Shown: positions 16,597 through 30,851, counted from the first letter of the stretch. The stretch is 64,000 bases of DNA from the human T2T-CHM13v2.0 reference genome, Homo sapiens (GCF_009914755.1 NC_060938.1), one strand, 5' to 3'. Notes: generated by a model from the sequence alone, not told the origin. Translations and numbers: made by a program.

Positions 16597-18239
16597 ACTG
16601 GGCCAATTTTAAATGTCTCTGGCAGGGCTCTCTCCCACATTGCCCACTTCTCGTCCAAGAGAAAACGCTCACTTATCCTTGCACCTTTCCCTCCCCCTTG
16701 GTGGGATGTGTGGCACTTCCCATCTTTAAATGAGATTAAGAGAGATCAACTGACTTTAATACAATTAATTCAATGTGACAAGCATGTATTGGGCACTGTG
16801 TTCTGGATACTTAGGTGCTGAGGCTACAAAGCCAAATGAGGCAAGGCCTGGCTATAGTGTATGCTGCAGGGAAGGCAAGGCTTTTCTGGAATTACAGAGG
16901 TGGCAGAAGTTGTGTTTTCTCCGGCTGGCATCAATTCCTGACTTTCTGTCAGCAGAATATTCCAGACAGGCTGGTTTCTATAAAATTCCTAGGGAGAATC
17001 CCAGGGTTTAGGTTCTGGGGGAAGGGAAGAGAGGAAATTGGCAAAAGATACTGCTTGAAAAGGCTGTTTTTCCGTCTTTCCAAATCAGGTACAAAATAAT
17101 GAACTGACACAGAACGCTTTCTATTTGTTAACTGTTCAGTTTTCCCTAGCACAGGGAGGAGAGTGAGAGAACGGCAACCTTTGCCACATGATTGGAGGCA
17201 GATTTGTTTACCAGATCAAAGCCTGTGGGTAATGGAAACCTCGGGGTAGAGGGGGTGGTGCCATGCAGCGGGGCCTACAGAGCCTACTTAGCTGAATGTC
17301 TTACTCTGTATATTCTGGAGCTTGAACTGCACTACTTTGAAACGCCAGCTCTCTTTAGATTAGTCACAGGGGGATACCCAGGTTGCTGGAATTGCTCAGG
17401 GATTCCAAGATGTTTACAGAGTGAAGCTACTGGGTCTGGATCACGTTCCTTTCAGATACTGTAGACATATCCTGTGACTTAAGGGAAAAGTGACAACGTC
17501 TTTGTTCCTCTAACCTGTGGGTAGCTAATTTTGAAATGATTAACATTTCCTGGTGTTAAGCTTTCTGAAAGACTCTCTATGTATCTAATGATTTCTAAGG
17601 AAATATAGAATCTACACTATAATGATTTTACTGGAAGCCAAAGGAAATACATTAATTGTAAGTGTAGAGCAAGAGGGCAGGAAAGAAGCACCGCAAATCA
17701 ACATCCTCATCACTTCCAGTGAGGGAGGCTGGGTGAGAAGGGGGCCAGGAAGACCTTTACTTTAAGTGTATTGTTCAAATTGTTCTTCATAATGAATCTG
17801 TACTAATGTGTTACTTCTACAACATCAATATTTGTTGAATGCTTCTAGAAAGAAAAAAATCTTTTCCATAATATGTATTAAAAGTGTTTCTTGAGTTCAA
17901 TTATTTCCAATTATGGAAATCTCGTTACTCTTTTTAAAAGAACAACTGAACATAATGTCATGTCTTGAAAATAAATGTTTCAAATGACAAGATAGTTTGG
18001 GATTGGAATTCCCTTCTCCAGAGGTTGTTTGCACTGGGAATGGACCCATAATACTTCACAAACAGTGCTGGAATGATTTGTGACTGCTAAGTGCCCAGAG
18101 ACCAAGCAGCCCCTGGTGTGTGCCTGGTACTGTTATTAATATATCTGTCATCTTTGCCTGCTCTACAAATGTTAACTGGTTCATCCTCAAGTGGTATGAA
18201 GAAGTTCTTTGCTGCAGTTGGAACCTGAGGAATATATAG

Positions 18240-18477
<238 letters not shown>

Positions 18478-19735
18478 TGATTTAGCAGTTGGTGAAATAG
18501 TGAGGGAATGGAAGGCAAGAAGTTCTGTTCCATCACCAGCATGATGTCCTTTATGCTTTGTGTTCAAGGACTCCACTTCTCGGCCATGTGTGGGGCGTGG
18601 ACACCTTCGGTGAGGCTGGGAGTCCCTGTGTGGGGGCGTTGAGAGTAGGGAGTCCTGGCTACTGAGTCCACGGGGGGTAAAGGCTGTCACAAAACCCTTT
18701 CCCCTTCTACCTGAGAATTTTACCTTCGAATAATTTCTTTCTCTGTTTCCCCCAGAAACCTGACAAAGGTAGTATGTCAACTGTGTTATTAGGTATAGTA
18801 ACTGATGTCAAAAATGACTCCTTACTGGTAAATTGCACCTGGACTGGGAGAACTAAATGCCTAAGAGGAAGCCATAGCTTTGGGCTTGGCCGAGAGCAGT
18901 GACTCTTGACACAGGGTATGTCCCTTGAGGTGATGCTGACAGCTGTTGTGGAGTTGTTACAAGACATATTGGCTCCTGTGGGGCATGAGGCTCCGGGGCT
19001 AGGGAGGATTCTACATGTGCTTGATGTGGTCTCATTTTCTTGTACTAGAACCCTGGGAAGCCAAAGAGGCCATCTCTTGCTGTATGGATTGCTGTATAGA
19101 TTACTTCCGAGGAAAACAAACGCTGATGCTTCACTGCTAGCAAATAGAATATCCTGGCTTATATCCTGATACCAAGTGTGATTGACTGCAGTCTTGTACG
19201 TCTGAATATGTAGCTGAGTCTAAGAAGCCCCTCGATGGGTTTCGCAAATCCACTCTGCAGCCATTTCCTAAGAAATGTCTCTTCCAGAGGCTTGTTGGGA
19301 GCCAGACATGGACCCATTTTCCTTCTTGTAGAACCCACAAATCTCTCCCCTTCCTTGTCTATAGGGAATCTCTTCCTCTGAATGTCTTATTGAAGTCTTT
19401 TTGATAATCCCATTTTCCCTCATGCTCTTAACACGATCTCTATGGTGAGTATAAGTCCTTCAATAAGACTAGAGGAGCCATTGCCTTCAAGTATCTTTGC
19501 CTTCTGCCCTGCAAAAACTGCTGAGACAAGGAAATACTAAAGTTACCTGTTGGGAAAGGTGGGCAGTGGGGAATAGAAAATAAAACTCAAGTTAATACAT
19601 AGGAAACCATGCCGTCACACTTGTTAATATTAATAATAAAAATCCCTTACCTTTATCCAGGGCTTGGTTCTTTGCAAAGTGTTTTCACAACCAGCCTCTC
19701 ATTTCAGCCTGACAGTGCCTTGTAAGGGAATCAGG

Positions 19736-19881
19736 CAGTGATGTGGTAAGCACTCAAAAGGGAGAGGGAATCCCTGGTTTGTGCCAGTTTCATACTACCA
19801 ATGATTTAACAACTCTGAATTTCTAGATATTTAGCAATTGGCTCAGGGGAGCTGGTGTGAGCAGACTCTAGCACCCCCTTG
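19736..19881. mobile_element. MER63-like hAT MITE
   Basis: cagtgatgtggtaa...gagctggtgtgagcagactctagcacccc resembles MER63; from memory. Confidence 0.45.
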
Positions 19882-21849
19882 GAGTCAGGACAGGTATAAT
19901 CATCCTGATTTGAAGGCAAGGAAAGTGAAGCTCAGAAATGTTGTCGAAGGCCACAGAGTTAGTAAGAGGCAAATCTAGGAACCTGAACTTATACCTGCTA
20001 TTGCATGCTTTTTCTTGCTGAAGTAAGTCTATCCTTCATGCCATGTGGAATAGTAAAAAACTAAATCCGCAAACCACCAAGAAGAAATGCCTAAAACTCC
20101 CTTCTAATGTCTGTATTATCATCAGTCTTCCTTTTCTTCTCTTTCCCTTTTAAGAAAAGATTCTGTCAATGGGCAGTATCCTGTCCCCTCTTCACCCATC
20201 TGGGTCCTTACTCCACAAATCAATTTCTTCCTCTTGCATCCTAGAATCACCCCTCTCTAACCTGTGACTAGCGCTTCCTCCCTAACCTATGACTCCCCTT
20301 GCAATTTCTCTAAACTGACCACCTGTCTCTGACTTGCTCACCATCTACTTCTGGCCACCAGGCTTCTTGACAAAGTCAAACCGCATGCTGCTTCTATTTC
20401 AGCACTTTCCACTCTTGCCTCAGGCCACTGTCATTTGATTCACACTCTTCTAAGGCCCCAGATCTACCCTCTCAAAAGCCAACTGTGTCCTCCTCAAGGC
20501 CAAATCCAGGCCTTATCTCAGTCTTCCTCTAGCTTATTCTTTTTTTCGCACTTGACACCACTGATGACATCCTTCTTGAAAGGCATTTCTTACTTTGTTC
20601 CCTGCTCGGTGGTGGGTGCTAGATTCATGGGTTCTCATCATGTCTTCCTGAGTGATCCTCATCTTAGGGAAGAGGCTCTCATGAGCATCCAGACAGAGCC
20701 TGGGCTAATGTTTTATTACTCAGTCATTGACTCTGTCACCCTCTCTCTTCCATTTCCCTCTGCTGCTTACATCAAACACGACACTTGGCAAAGCTGACCT
20801 GACCGCCTTTAAAACAGTTATTATGTTCATTTTAATTTTATCTGCCCCCTGACTCTGTGAAGAAGCTGCCACCTTGCAGCACTCACCAGATAGCACACGA
20901 AAGGGGCACACCAGGAGACAGCCTCTGTTGGTAGAAGTCCACAACATGTAGAGATGACTGACCTGACACCTTGGCTCACATCTCTTGAGTCTCCTGGCCC
21001 CTGACTTTACTATTCTTATATATTTGTGTTTACTCCTTTGGATTTTACAGCTTGGCATGCTGCAAAGAGCACAGACTTTGTGGTGAGAAGGATCTGGACT
21101 TGAATTGTGGTTCTGTTGCTTCCTAGCATTGTGGCTTTGGGCATGCCATGTAAACCTTCTGAGTCTGTGTTGTCATCTGAAAAATATATTATATCCTGTT
21201 TGCAAGTAGACTATGGGCTGTGAGTGAGATATTGTATGAAAAGGGTCCAGCATGGCTAGCACTTGACAAATGGCAGCTGTTGTCATTATTTTTGGTCTTC
21301 TGTCCTTCTTTCCAGTTTGTCTTTGGTACCTCCCCACAATAACTAGTTCTCAGTCCTGGCCATTGACATTTCAAATATTGACATTTGGGTAACACTGCTC
21401 CTGGCTGGATCCAAGATGCTCCTATCTGGAGCACCTGTCCTAAAAATGGCATTCTTGTTCAGACCCTAGCATTTTGCTCTTTGGTCTTTATTCTGTTCTC
21501 AAAATGAACACATACTGAAAAGCATTTTTCACACTGGTTCAGCCTCATAGCTTTGCCAGTCCCCCAGATCCTCCTGCGACTAGTTTAGGACCTAGTGAGG
21601 CCACCTTTTTGGTTTAGAATTTTTAAGTAACTTAATGTCAGTCTGGAATGCTTTCCTTTTAAGTGATATTTATATGTGTGAATGTATGTATTCATTCAAG
21701 TTGGTTCACTTTTTTCTTGACTGTTTATTGGCCTTTTGAGATCTGTGAGAAACTGTCACTTCTTATTTTGGAAAGAATTGCCTATCTCTTTTGAGTTCCA
21801 AACAAGTAAGTTTCTGGAAGTCATTTATGTTTAACTCAAAGAATATTTT

Positions 21850-22192
21850 GTATTATTTATTTATTTATTCATTATTTTATTTTATTATTATTTTTTGAGA
21901 AGCATCTCACTGTTGCCCAGGCTGGAGTATAGTGACACGATCTCGGCTCACTGCAACCTCCGCCCCCCCGGGTTCAAGCAATTCTCCTGCCTCAGCCTCC
22001 CTAGTAGCTGGGATTACAGGCACGTGCTACCACACCCTGCTAATTTTTGTATTTTTGAGTAGAGACGAGATTTCGCCATGTTGGCCAGACTGGTCTCAAA
22101 CTCCTGACCTTAAGGTCACCTTAAGTGACCTTAAGTCACGCCTTGGTCTTCCAAAGTGCTGGGATTACAGGCATGAGCCACCGCGCCTGGCC
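21850..22192 (-). mobile_element. AluS-type SINE with internal palindromic rearrangement
   Basis: Reverse Alu consensus with (TTTA)n tail; anomaly at 22105-22139. Confidence 0.95.
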
Positions 22193-23407
22193 TATTGTTT
22201 TATTTAAAAATAAATTTCTCTACCAAGCAGTAATAACCTATGTTAACATTTGGTGAACATCATCTTATTCATGCTTATATATAGACAGACAGGAATAATT
22301 TCATAATTATGAGAGTACGCTATTTTAAAAAATAAAAGTTTAAATTATGATTTTGTTTGAATTTAATAACAAGGGAAAATATCTTAAACTCTAGGTAAAT
22401 GCTGAACTCTAGGTAAAGGTTTCTTTGCCACAGAACTCTTAGGTTCTGTAAGATTTCACTAAAATTAGGAAAATAGTTTATAAAAAACAGTAAGAAATCA
22501 GAGTATTTTTTAAAACTGCTTGTTTAAAATTTAGATATTAGATATGAAATCCCTACTGTGAATGATGAAGTTGAGTGCTATTCATATGTTCTGTCATCTC
22601 TTTCTTCAGTTCTGAATTTTATGTTGTTTGTATTTTCGCTTTTTCAGGGCATATAATATTTGCTTTCTGTTTACCAGAAGTTAGTCTAGCTCTATGTTTA
22701 GCCTTAGTTCTATATTTAAATGGATTCAGTGCTTACCATCATATCTTTTCCATGGCTTTTCTATTTCTGTGGTTTTTGTTCTGATTGAGTTTTTAGTTGT
22801 CTTGTTTTCATCATGGGGTAGTTGCTTTTTCAAGGACACATGAGTGCTGCATATTCTGTCTTTCTTGTTGAAAAATGTCTATTCATGGAAGACAACCTGG
22901 CAGGATCAACTTTTTAAAAAATGTAAACATTAAAACTACGAAACATTTCTAACATAAAGTAAAAGATAGTTCTATATCCACCATGGAGATAATAAATGGA
23001 AGATAGCATCTTCCTGTATTTGTTTGAGATCTTGAACTTTTTTTTTAAAGAAATAAAATAAAGCTTTATATTCTATGCTTTCCCCGTCTCTTAATCCCCT
23101 TAACATTATCCTGAAGTTGATATTTATCATTTTTGTGAATGTTTTTCTACTTTACTTTTAATACTTACATGTATGCCTTATTATAATATATATTTTAGTT
23201 TTAGATTGTGTAAAAATGTATTTGTTATAATATTCTGTTTTATACTTTTTGAACTTGCTTTACTCATTTAGCATGTTTTAAAGATTTATCTGTGATGGTT
23301 AATATAGATCTAATTGGTCTTATAAATCATGGGATAATAGTTATTTTTTGCCTACTGGCTGGAAAGTTGTTTTAAGTTTCTCACTATTTCAAATACTGCT
23401 GCCTTGA

Positions 23408-23437
23408 AAAAATAAATAAATAAATAAATAAATAAAT
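23408..23437. repeat. (TAAA)n microsatellite
   Basis: aaaaataaataaataaataaataaataaat read directly. Confidence 0.9.
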
Positions 23438-23560
23438 GTCTCAATGCTGATTACTGAAAACGTAGTTTCACAGTAGCCTCTCTTTGGGGAACAAATCCAA
23501 TGTAGAGTTTCTGTCCTTACTGTGATACTATCTGAAGTTCTGTTTGTTCATTTGTTTATA

Positions 23561-23797
23561 CAGCTGACACTTGAACAACACAGTTTTGATCTGCACAGGT
23601 TCAGTTATATGTGGATGTTTTTCAATCAAACACACATCAATAATGCAGTATCCATGGGATGCGAAACCCACTTATGCAGAGGACCGACTTTTTATATCTG
23701 TGAGTTCCAAATGGTGGACTGCAGGACTTGAGTATGTGTGGGTGTGGGTATCCCTGGGGGTCTTGGAACGAGTCTCCTGCATTACCAAGGGACAACA
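23561..23797. mobile_element. MER8 (Tigger-family Tc1/mariner MITE)
   Basis: TA-flanked cagctgacacttgaacaacac...gggatgcgaaaccc...ccaagggacaac, about 237 bp. Confidence 0.8.
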
Positions 23798-23890
23798 ATA
23801 CTTATACTCTACTCAGAACTATAAAAGTTGTGACAGTGCCTCAAGTCTGATCATTATCATGTATTTCTGAAAGGACTGAAGAGTTTTTAA

Positions 23891-24241
<351 letters not shown>

Positions 24242-24859
24242 TAACACTTAACAGTAATATAGCCCACAGATGATCTTTTTGTGCATATACTAACAATTGT
24301 ATGTGTGCAAAATATATATGTTTGTGTATGTGTGTGTATTCACATACTTAGGGTTCTGTGAAGATTTTCTCATTAAGAGTGGACTGTCATTTTTGTGTCC
24401 ATAAATAAAATTTTAATCAACTGAATAATAATGCCAGTGAACAGAGGTGAAATTTTAAGTTCATTCATTCATTTTCATTCCTTCCAACCACAGAACTTTT
24501 GGTTCTAGTATATTTCTCAGAAAGAAAGGGCTTATTTAATTAGAAGGATTTGTGTGCTAAAGTGAAAACAGCATGACATCGTGGAGAAAGCACTGCACTA
24601 GATGCAAAGGATCTTGAGTTCTAGAGTCTTTTTCTTGGACAAATGACCAGTGTCACCGGGCCTCAGCAACTTCTTTAAGGTGGGGATATTAATATCTGCC
24701 TGCCTAAATCAAACATTCTTATGAGAGTTACATACAATAAAATATATGCATGCACTTCGAAAACTATCAGTTCTAGAAATGTGTCATTTAAATATGTCAA
24801 TGAGTTTGATTGAGGAATAAGTTGGCAGCTTGCACTAATGTAGAGGTCCCTGATTATAC

Positions 24860-27800
24860 TATATGTAGGAGATTTAATGGCCATTAAGTTCTTTGTTATA
24901 CTTCCCATTGAGAGATTATGGATGATGTATAATTCCTTTCACCTTGACTTTTTTTTTTTTTTAATACTTTAAGTTCTGGGATACGTGCAGGTTTGTTACC
25001 TAGGTATATACGTGCCATGGTGGTTTGCTGCACCCATCAACCCACCATCTACATTAGGTATTTCTCTTAATGCCATATCTCCCATAGACCCCCACCCACT
25101 GACAGGCCCCATTGTGTGATGTTCCCTTCCCTGTGTCCAAGTGTTCTCATTGTTCAACTCCCACTTATGAGTGAGAACATGAGGTGTTTGGTTTTCTGTT
25201 CTTGTGTTAGTTTGCTGAGAATGATGATTTCCAGCTTCATCCATGTCCCTGCAAAGGACATGAACTCATCCTTTTTTATGGCTGCATAGTATTCCATAGT
25301 TCTATATGTGCCACAGTTTCTTTATCCAGTCTATCATTGATGGGCATTTGAGTTGGTTCTAAGTATTTGCCATTGTGAATAGTGCTGCAATAAACATGCA
25401 TGTGCATTGTCTTTATAGTAGAATGATTTATAATCCTTTGGATATATACCCAGTAATGGGATTGCTGGGTCAAATGGTATTTCTGGCTCTAGATCCTTGC
25501 GGAATTGCCACACTTTCTTCCACAATGGTTGAACTAATTTACACTCCCACCAACAATGTAAAAGCGTTCATATTTCTCCACATCCTCTCCAGCATCTGTT
25601 GTTTCCTGACTTTGTAATGATTGCCATTCTAACTGGCGTGAGATGGTATCTCATTTGGTTTTGATTTGCATTTCTCTAATGACCAGTGATAATGAGCCTT
25701 TCTTCATATATTTGGTGGCTGCATAAATGTCTTCTTTTGAGAAGTGTCTGATCATATCCTTCACCCACTTTTTGATGGGGTTGTTTGATTTGTTTCTTGT
25801 AAATTTGTTTAAGTTATTTGTAGATTTTGGATATTAGCCCTTTGTCAGATGGATAGATTGCAAAAATTTTCTCCCATTCTGTAGGTTGCCTGTTCATCTG
25901 ATGATAGTTTCTTTTGCTGTGCAGAAGCTCTTTAGTTTAATTAGATCCCATTTGTCTATTTTGACTTTTGTTGCCATTGCTTTTGGTGTTTTAGTCATGA
26001 AGTCTTTGCCCATGCCTATGTCCTGAATGGTATTGCCTAGGTTTTCTTCTAGGGTTTTTATGGTTTTAGGTCTTATGTTTACATCTTCAATCCATGTTGA
26101 GTTAATTTTTGTATAAGGTATGAGGAAGGGGTCCAGTTTCAGTTTTCTGCATATGGCTAGCCAGTTTTCCCAACACCATTTATTAAATAGGTAATCCTTT
26201 CGCCATTTCTTGTTTTTGTCAGGTTTGTTGAAGATCAGATGGTTGTAGATGTGTGGTGTTATTTATGAGGCCTCTGTTCTGTTCCATTGGTCTATATCTC
26301 TGTTTTGGTACCAGTACCATGCTGTTTTGGTTACTGTGGCCTTACAGTATAGTTTGAAGTCAGGCAGCGTGATGCCTCCAGCTTTGTTCTTTTTGCTTAG
26401 GATTGTCTTGGCTATGTGGGCTCTTTTTTCGTTCCATATGAAATTTAAAGTAGTTTTTTTCTAATTCTGTGAAGAAAGTCAATGACAGCTTGATGGGGAT
26501 AACATTGAATCTATAAATTACTTTGGGCAGTATGGCCATTTTCATGATATTGATTCTTCCTCTCCATGAGCATGGAATGTTTTGCTATTTGTTTGTGTTC
26601 TCTCTTATTTCCTTGAGCGGTGGTTCATAGTTCTCCCTGAAGGGGTCCCTCACATCCCTTGTAAGTTGTATTCCTAGGTATTTTATTCTCTTTATAGCAA
26701 TTGTGAATGGGAGTTCACTCATGATTTGGCTCTCTGTTTGTCTATTATTTGGTGTATAGGAATGCTTGTGATTTTTGCATATTGATTTTGTATCCTGAGA
26801 CTTTGCTGAAGTTGCTTATCAGCTTAAGGAGATTTTGGGCTGAGACAATGGCGTTTTCTAAATATACAATCATGTAATCTGCAAACAGAGACAATTTGAC
26901 TTTCTCTCTTCCTATTTGAATACGCTTTATTTCTTTCTCTTGCCTGATTGCCTTGGCCAGAACTTCCAATAGTATGTTGAATAGGAGTGGTGAGAGAGGG
27001 CATCCTTGTCTTGTGCCAGTTTTCAAAGGGAATGCTTCCAGCTTTTGCCCATTCAGTATGATATTGGCTGTGGGTTTGTCATAAATAGCTCTTATTATTT
27101 TCAGGTACATTCCATCAATACCTAGTTTACTGAGAGTTTTTAGCATGAAGGGGTGTTGAATTTTGTCAAAGGCCTTTTCTACATCTATTGAGATAATAAT
27201 GTGTTTTTTTGTCATTGGTTCCATTTATGTGATGGATTATGTTTATCAATTTGTGTATGTTGAACCAGCCTTGCATGCCAGGGATGAAGCTGACTTGATC
27301 CTGGTGGATAAGCTTTTTGATGTGCTGCTGGATTCTGTTTGCCAGTATTTTATTGAGGATTTTCGCATCAATGTTCATCACGGATATTGGACTGAAATTT
27401 TCTTTTTTTGTTGTGTCTCTGCCAGTTTTTGGTATCAGGATGATGCTGGCCTCATAAACTGGGTTAGGAAGGATTCCCTCTTTTTCTATTATTTGGAATA
27501 GTTTCAGAAGGAATGGTACCAGCTCCTCTTGGTATCTCTGGTACCTCTGGTACCTTTATACCTCTGGTAGAATTCGGCTGTGAATCCATCTGTTCCTGGG
27601 CTTTTTTTGGTTGGTAGGCTATTAATTACAGCCTCAATTTCAGAACTTGTTATTGGTCTATTCGGGGATTCAACTTCTTCTTGGTTTAGTCTTGGGAGGG
27701 TGTATGTGTCCAGGAATTTATCCATTTCTTCTAGATTTTCTAGTTTATTTATGTAGAGGTGTTTATAGTATTCTCTGATAGTAGTTTGTATTCCTGTGGG

Positions 27801-29110
27801 ATCAGTGGTGATATCCCCTTTATCATTTTTTATTGTGTTGATTTGATTCTTCTCTCTTTTATTCTTTATTAGTCTGGCTTGCAATCTATCTATTTTGTTG
27901 ATCTTTTCAAAAAACCGCTCCTGGATTCATTAATTTTTGAAGGGTTTTTCATGTCTCCGTCTCTTTCAGTTCTGCTCTGCTCTTAGTTATTTATTTTCTT
28001 CTGCTAGCTTTTGAATTTGTTTGCTCTTGCTTCTCTAGTTCTTTTCATAGTGATGTTAGGGTATCAGTTTAGATCTTTCCTGCTTTCTCCTGTGGGCATT
28101 TAATGCTATAAATTTCCCTCTAAACACTGCTTTAGCTGTGTCCCAGAGATTCTGGTACATTGTGTCTTTGTTCTCATTGGTTTCAAAGAACTTATTTATT
28201 TCTGCCTTGATTTCGTTATTTACCCAGTAGTCATTCGGGAGCAGGTTGTACAGTTTCCTTGCAGTTGTGAGGTTTTCAGTGAGTTTCTTAATCCTGAGTT
28301 CTAATTTGATTGCACTGTGTTCTGAGAGACTGTTCATTATGATTTCTGTTATTTTGCATTAGCTGAGGAATGTTTTACTTCCAATTATGTGGTTGATTTT
28401 AGAATAAGTGTGGCATGGTGCTGAGAACAATGTGTATTCTGTTGATTTGGGGTGGAGAGTTCTGTAGATGTCTATTTGGTCCGCTAATAGGTCTATTAGG
28501 AAAAGCGTAATATCTGGGCTAAAATACACTATTCCTCAAGGCACAATCCCTCAGGGCTTCCCTTGGCTAAGGGAGGGAGTTCCCAGACCTCTTGGACTTC
28601 CCAGGTGAGGCAATGCCTCATCCTGCTTGGGCTTGCCCTCTGTAGGATGCACCCACTGTCTAACCAGTCCCAATGAGATGAGATGAGTACCTCAGTTGGA
28701 AATGCAGAAATCACCTGCCTTCTGTGTTGATCTCGCTGGGAGCTGCAGACCAGAGCTGTTCCTATTCGGCCATCTTGCCAGCAGCACTCACCTTGACTTT
28801 TAATCAATAGAATGAAACAGTGGTGATGTCTGGGACTCTCAAAGCTAGATCATAAAAAGCCTATAGCGTCTGCCTTGGTCTCTTGAAAACTTGCTCAAGG
28901 TGAATTCAAACACTGTGTGAAAAGACCAAGTACTCTTAGATCACCATGCAGTGAGGAAGTCTATGCTAGCTGCAATTCAGAAGCTGTGAAGAAAGACATG
29001 CCTCTCCAGGCTTAGCTCCTCCAGCCCACTCAGGTTGGATTCCAGACCTGTAAATGAAGAAGCAACCTTGGATGGTCCATTTTTAGCACCTATGACATTG
29101 TGAAGAGCCA
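24860..29110. mobile_element. MLT1-type MaLR LTR split by the L1PA insertion (pieces ~24860-24945 and ~28800-29110)
   Basis: ggccattaagttctttgttatacttcccattgag...|...ttttaatcaatagaatg...gctagatcataaaaagcc...ttggtctcttg MLT1-like motifs continue across the L1. Confidence 0.55.
24949..28787 (-). mobile_element. L1PA (approx. L1PA7/8) with both ends present but a large internal deletion removing most of the 5' UTR, all of ORF1 and the start of ORF2
   Basis: Poly-T and L1 3' UTR at 24949; ORF2 RT/EN fragments in the ORF track (26745-27224, 27504-27884, 28056-28337); L1 5' UTR start at 28501-28787 including the YY1 motif (ggccatcttg); TSD tcaccttgactttt at ~24939 and ~28788. Confidence 0.95.
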
Positions 29111-29947
29111 TCTTTGATATTGTATCATATTTCAGACAAAGAACTTGTACCCAATATGTGCAAGGAATTCTTACAGCTCAATATTAATAAGACAAAATCC
29201 ATTTTAAAATGACAAAAGCATTGAACAGACAGTTCAGAAAAGATATATTAATGGGAAATAAATACATGAAAAAATGCTCAGCATCATTAGCCATCAGAGA
29301 AATGCAAATTAAAACCACAAAGACATACCACTTTATACTTATTTCATGAGTTAAAATTATAAAGGCTGATCATACCAATGCTGGCAAAAACATAGAGCTC
29401 CCATACCCTACTGGTGGAAATGTAAAATGATACGAGACTCTGGCAGTTTACTTAAAAATTAAATATACACCTACTAGAGGAACCAGCCACTTCACTCCTA
29501 GGTATTTATTCAAAAGAAATGAAAACATATGTTCATATGAAAACTTGCACATAAATATTCATAGCAGCTTGACTTGTAATATCCCAAAGTTGAAACAACT
29601 CCAATGTCCAACAGCAGATGAATGGATAAACAACTGTGATATATTCATACAATGGAATGCTGCTCAGCAACAGAAAGGAATGAACTATGGATACACACAA
29701 CAACATGGTTGAATCTCAGAATAATTATGCTGAGTGAAAGAAGCCAGACAAAAAGAGTACATGCTGTATAACTGTATTTATATATAATTCTAGAGAATGA
29801 AAAATAATCTATGGTGATAGAAAAATGGGTCAGTGGTTACCTAGGGACAGGGTAGAGGAAGGGTGGATTGCCAAAGGGCACAGCAAAACTTTTGGAGGTA
29901 ATTAAAATTTTTATCTTTATTGTAGTGATGGTTTCATGGTGTATATA

Positions 29948-30851
29948 TGTGGCAGACAAAACCTATAATGACACAATGATCTCTGCCTCCTGGTGTTCAC
30001 CCCCTTGGGTAATCCCCTCTCTTTGTATGTGGGAACTGTGATTGGCTTCTAACCAATACAATATAGCAAAAGTGATCAACTGTTACTGTTGTAATGATAT
30101 TACAGTATTTAAAACTCCATCTTAGTGGACTGCATTTAAAGACTTTCCTTGTGTGCCTGATGAAGTGATCGTGTTGGAAAACCCAGAGAATAAGGAGGAT
30201 GGCCTCTAAGAACAGTGGGTGGCCTCTAAAACCTAAGAGTGACCTCCAGCCAACAGCTAGCAAGAAGTCAGGGCCTCCAAGGCCAGGCGCGGTGGCTCAC
30301 GCCTGTAATCCCAGCACTTTGGGAGGCCAAGCAGGGTGGATCACGAGGTCAGGAGATCGAGGCCATCCTGGCTAACACGGTGAAACCCCATCTCTACTAA
30401 AAATATAAAAATTAGCCAAGCGTGTTGGCAGGCACTTGTAGTCCCAGCTACTCAGGAGGCTGAGAGGCAGGAGAATGGCATGAACCCAGGAGGCGGAGCC
30501 TGCAGTGAGCCGAGATCATGCCACTGCACTCCAGCCTGGGCGACAGAGCGAGACTCCATCTCAAAAAAAAAAAAAAAAAAAAAGAAGTCAGGGCCTTCAA
30601 TCATACATCCACAAGGAAATGCTTTCTGCCAACTTGAATGAATTTGGACGCATATTCTTCTTCACTCAGCCACCAGATGAGAGTGCAGCCCAGCAAACAT
30701 CCTGACTGCTGCCTCGTGAGATTCTGAATAGAAGCCCCAGTCAGGCCATGCCTGGATTCCTGACCACAAAACTGTGAGGTGAGATAATAAATGTTATTTT
30801 ACGCCATAATGTTTGTGGTAAATTGTTATAAGGCAATGGAAAATCAATATA
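29948..30851. mobile_element. MLT1E-type MaLR LTR split by an AluY
   Basis: tgtggcagac...gatctctgcctcctggtgttcac...taatgtttgtggtaaattgttataaggcaatggaaaatcaata. Confidence 0.75.
30281..30583 (+). mobile_element. AluY-type SINE
   Basis: ggatcacgaggtcaggagatcgag, atcctggctaacacggtg; TSD aagaagtcagggcct(c/t)caa. Confidence 0.96.

Noticed and set aside
22387-22417. 13-bp direct repeat aactctaggtaaa with a short spacer
   Set aside because: A small slippage duplication in old AT-rich sequence with no sign of function.
28470-28520. Spliced L1 (SpIRE) as the cause of the internal deletion
   Set aside because: The junction has inserted, locally templated bases, and the 5' breakpoint (~290 nt into the UTR) is not the known donor near position 97. 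Genomic repair fits better, though this is not formally excluded without alignment.
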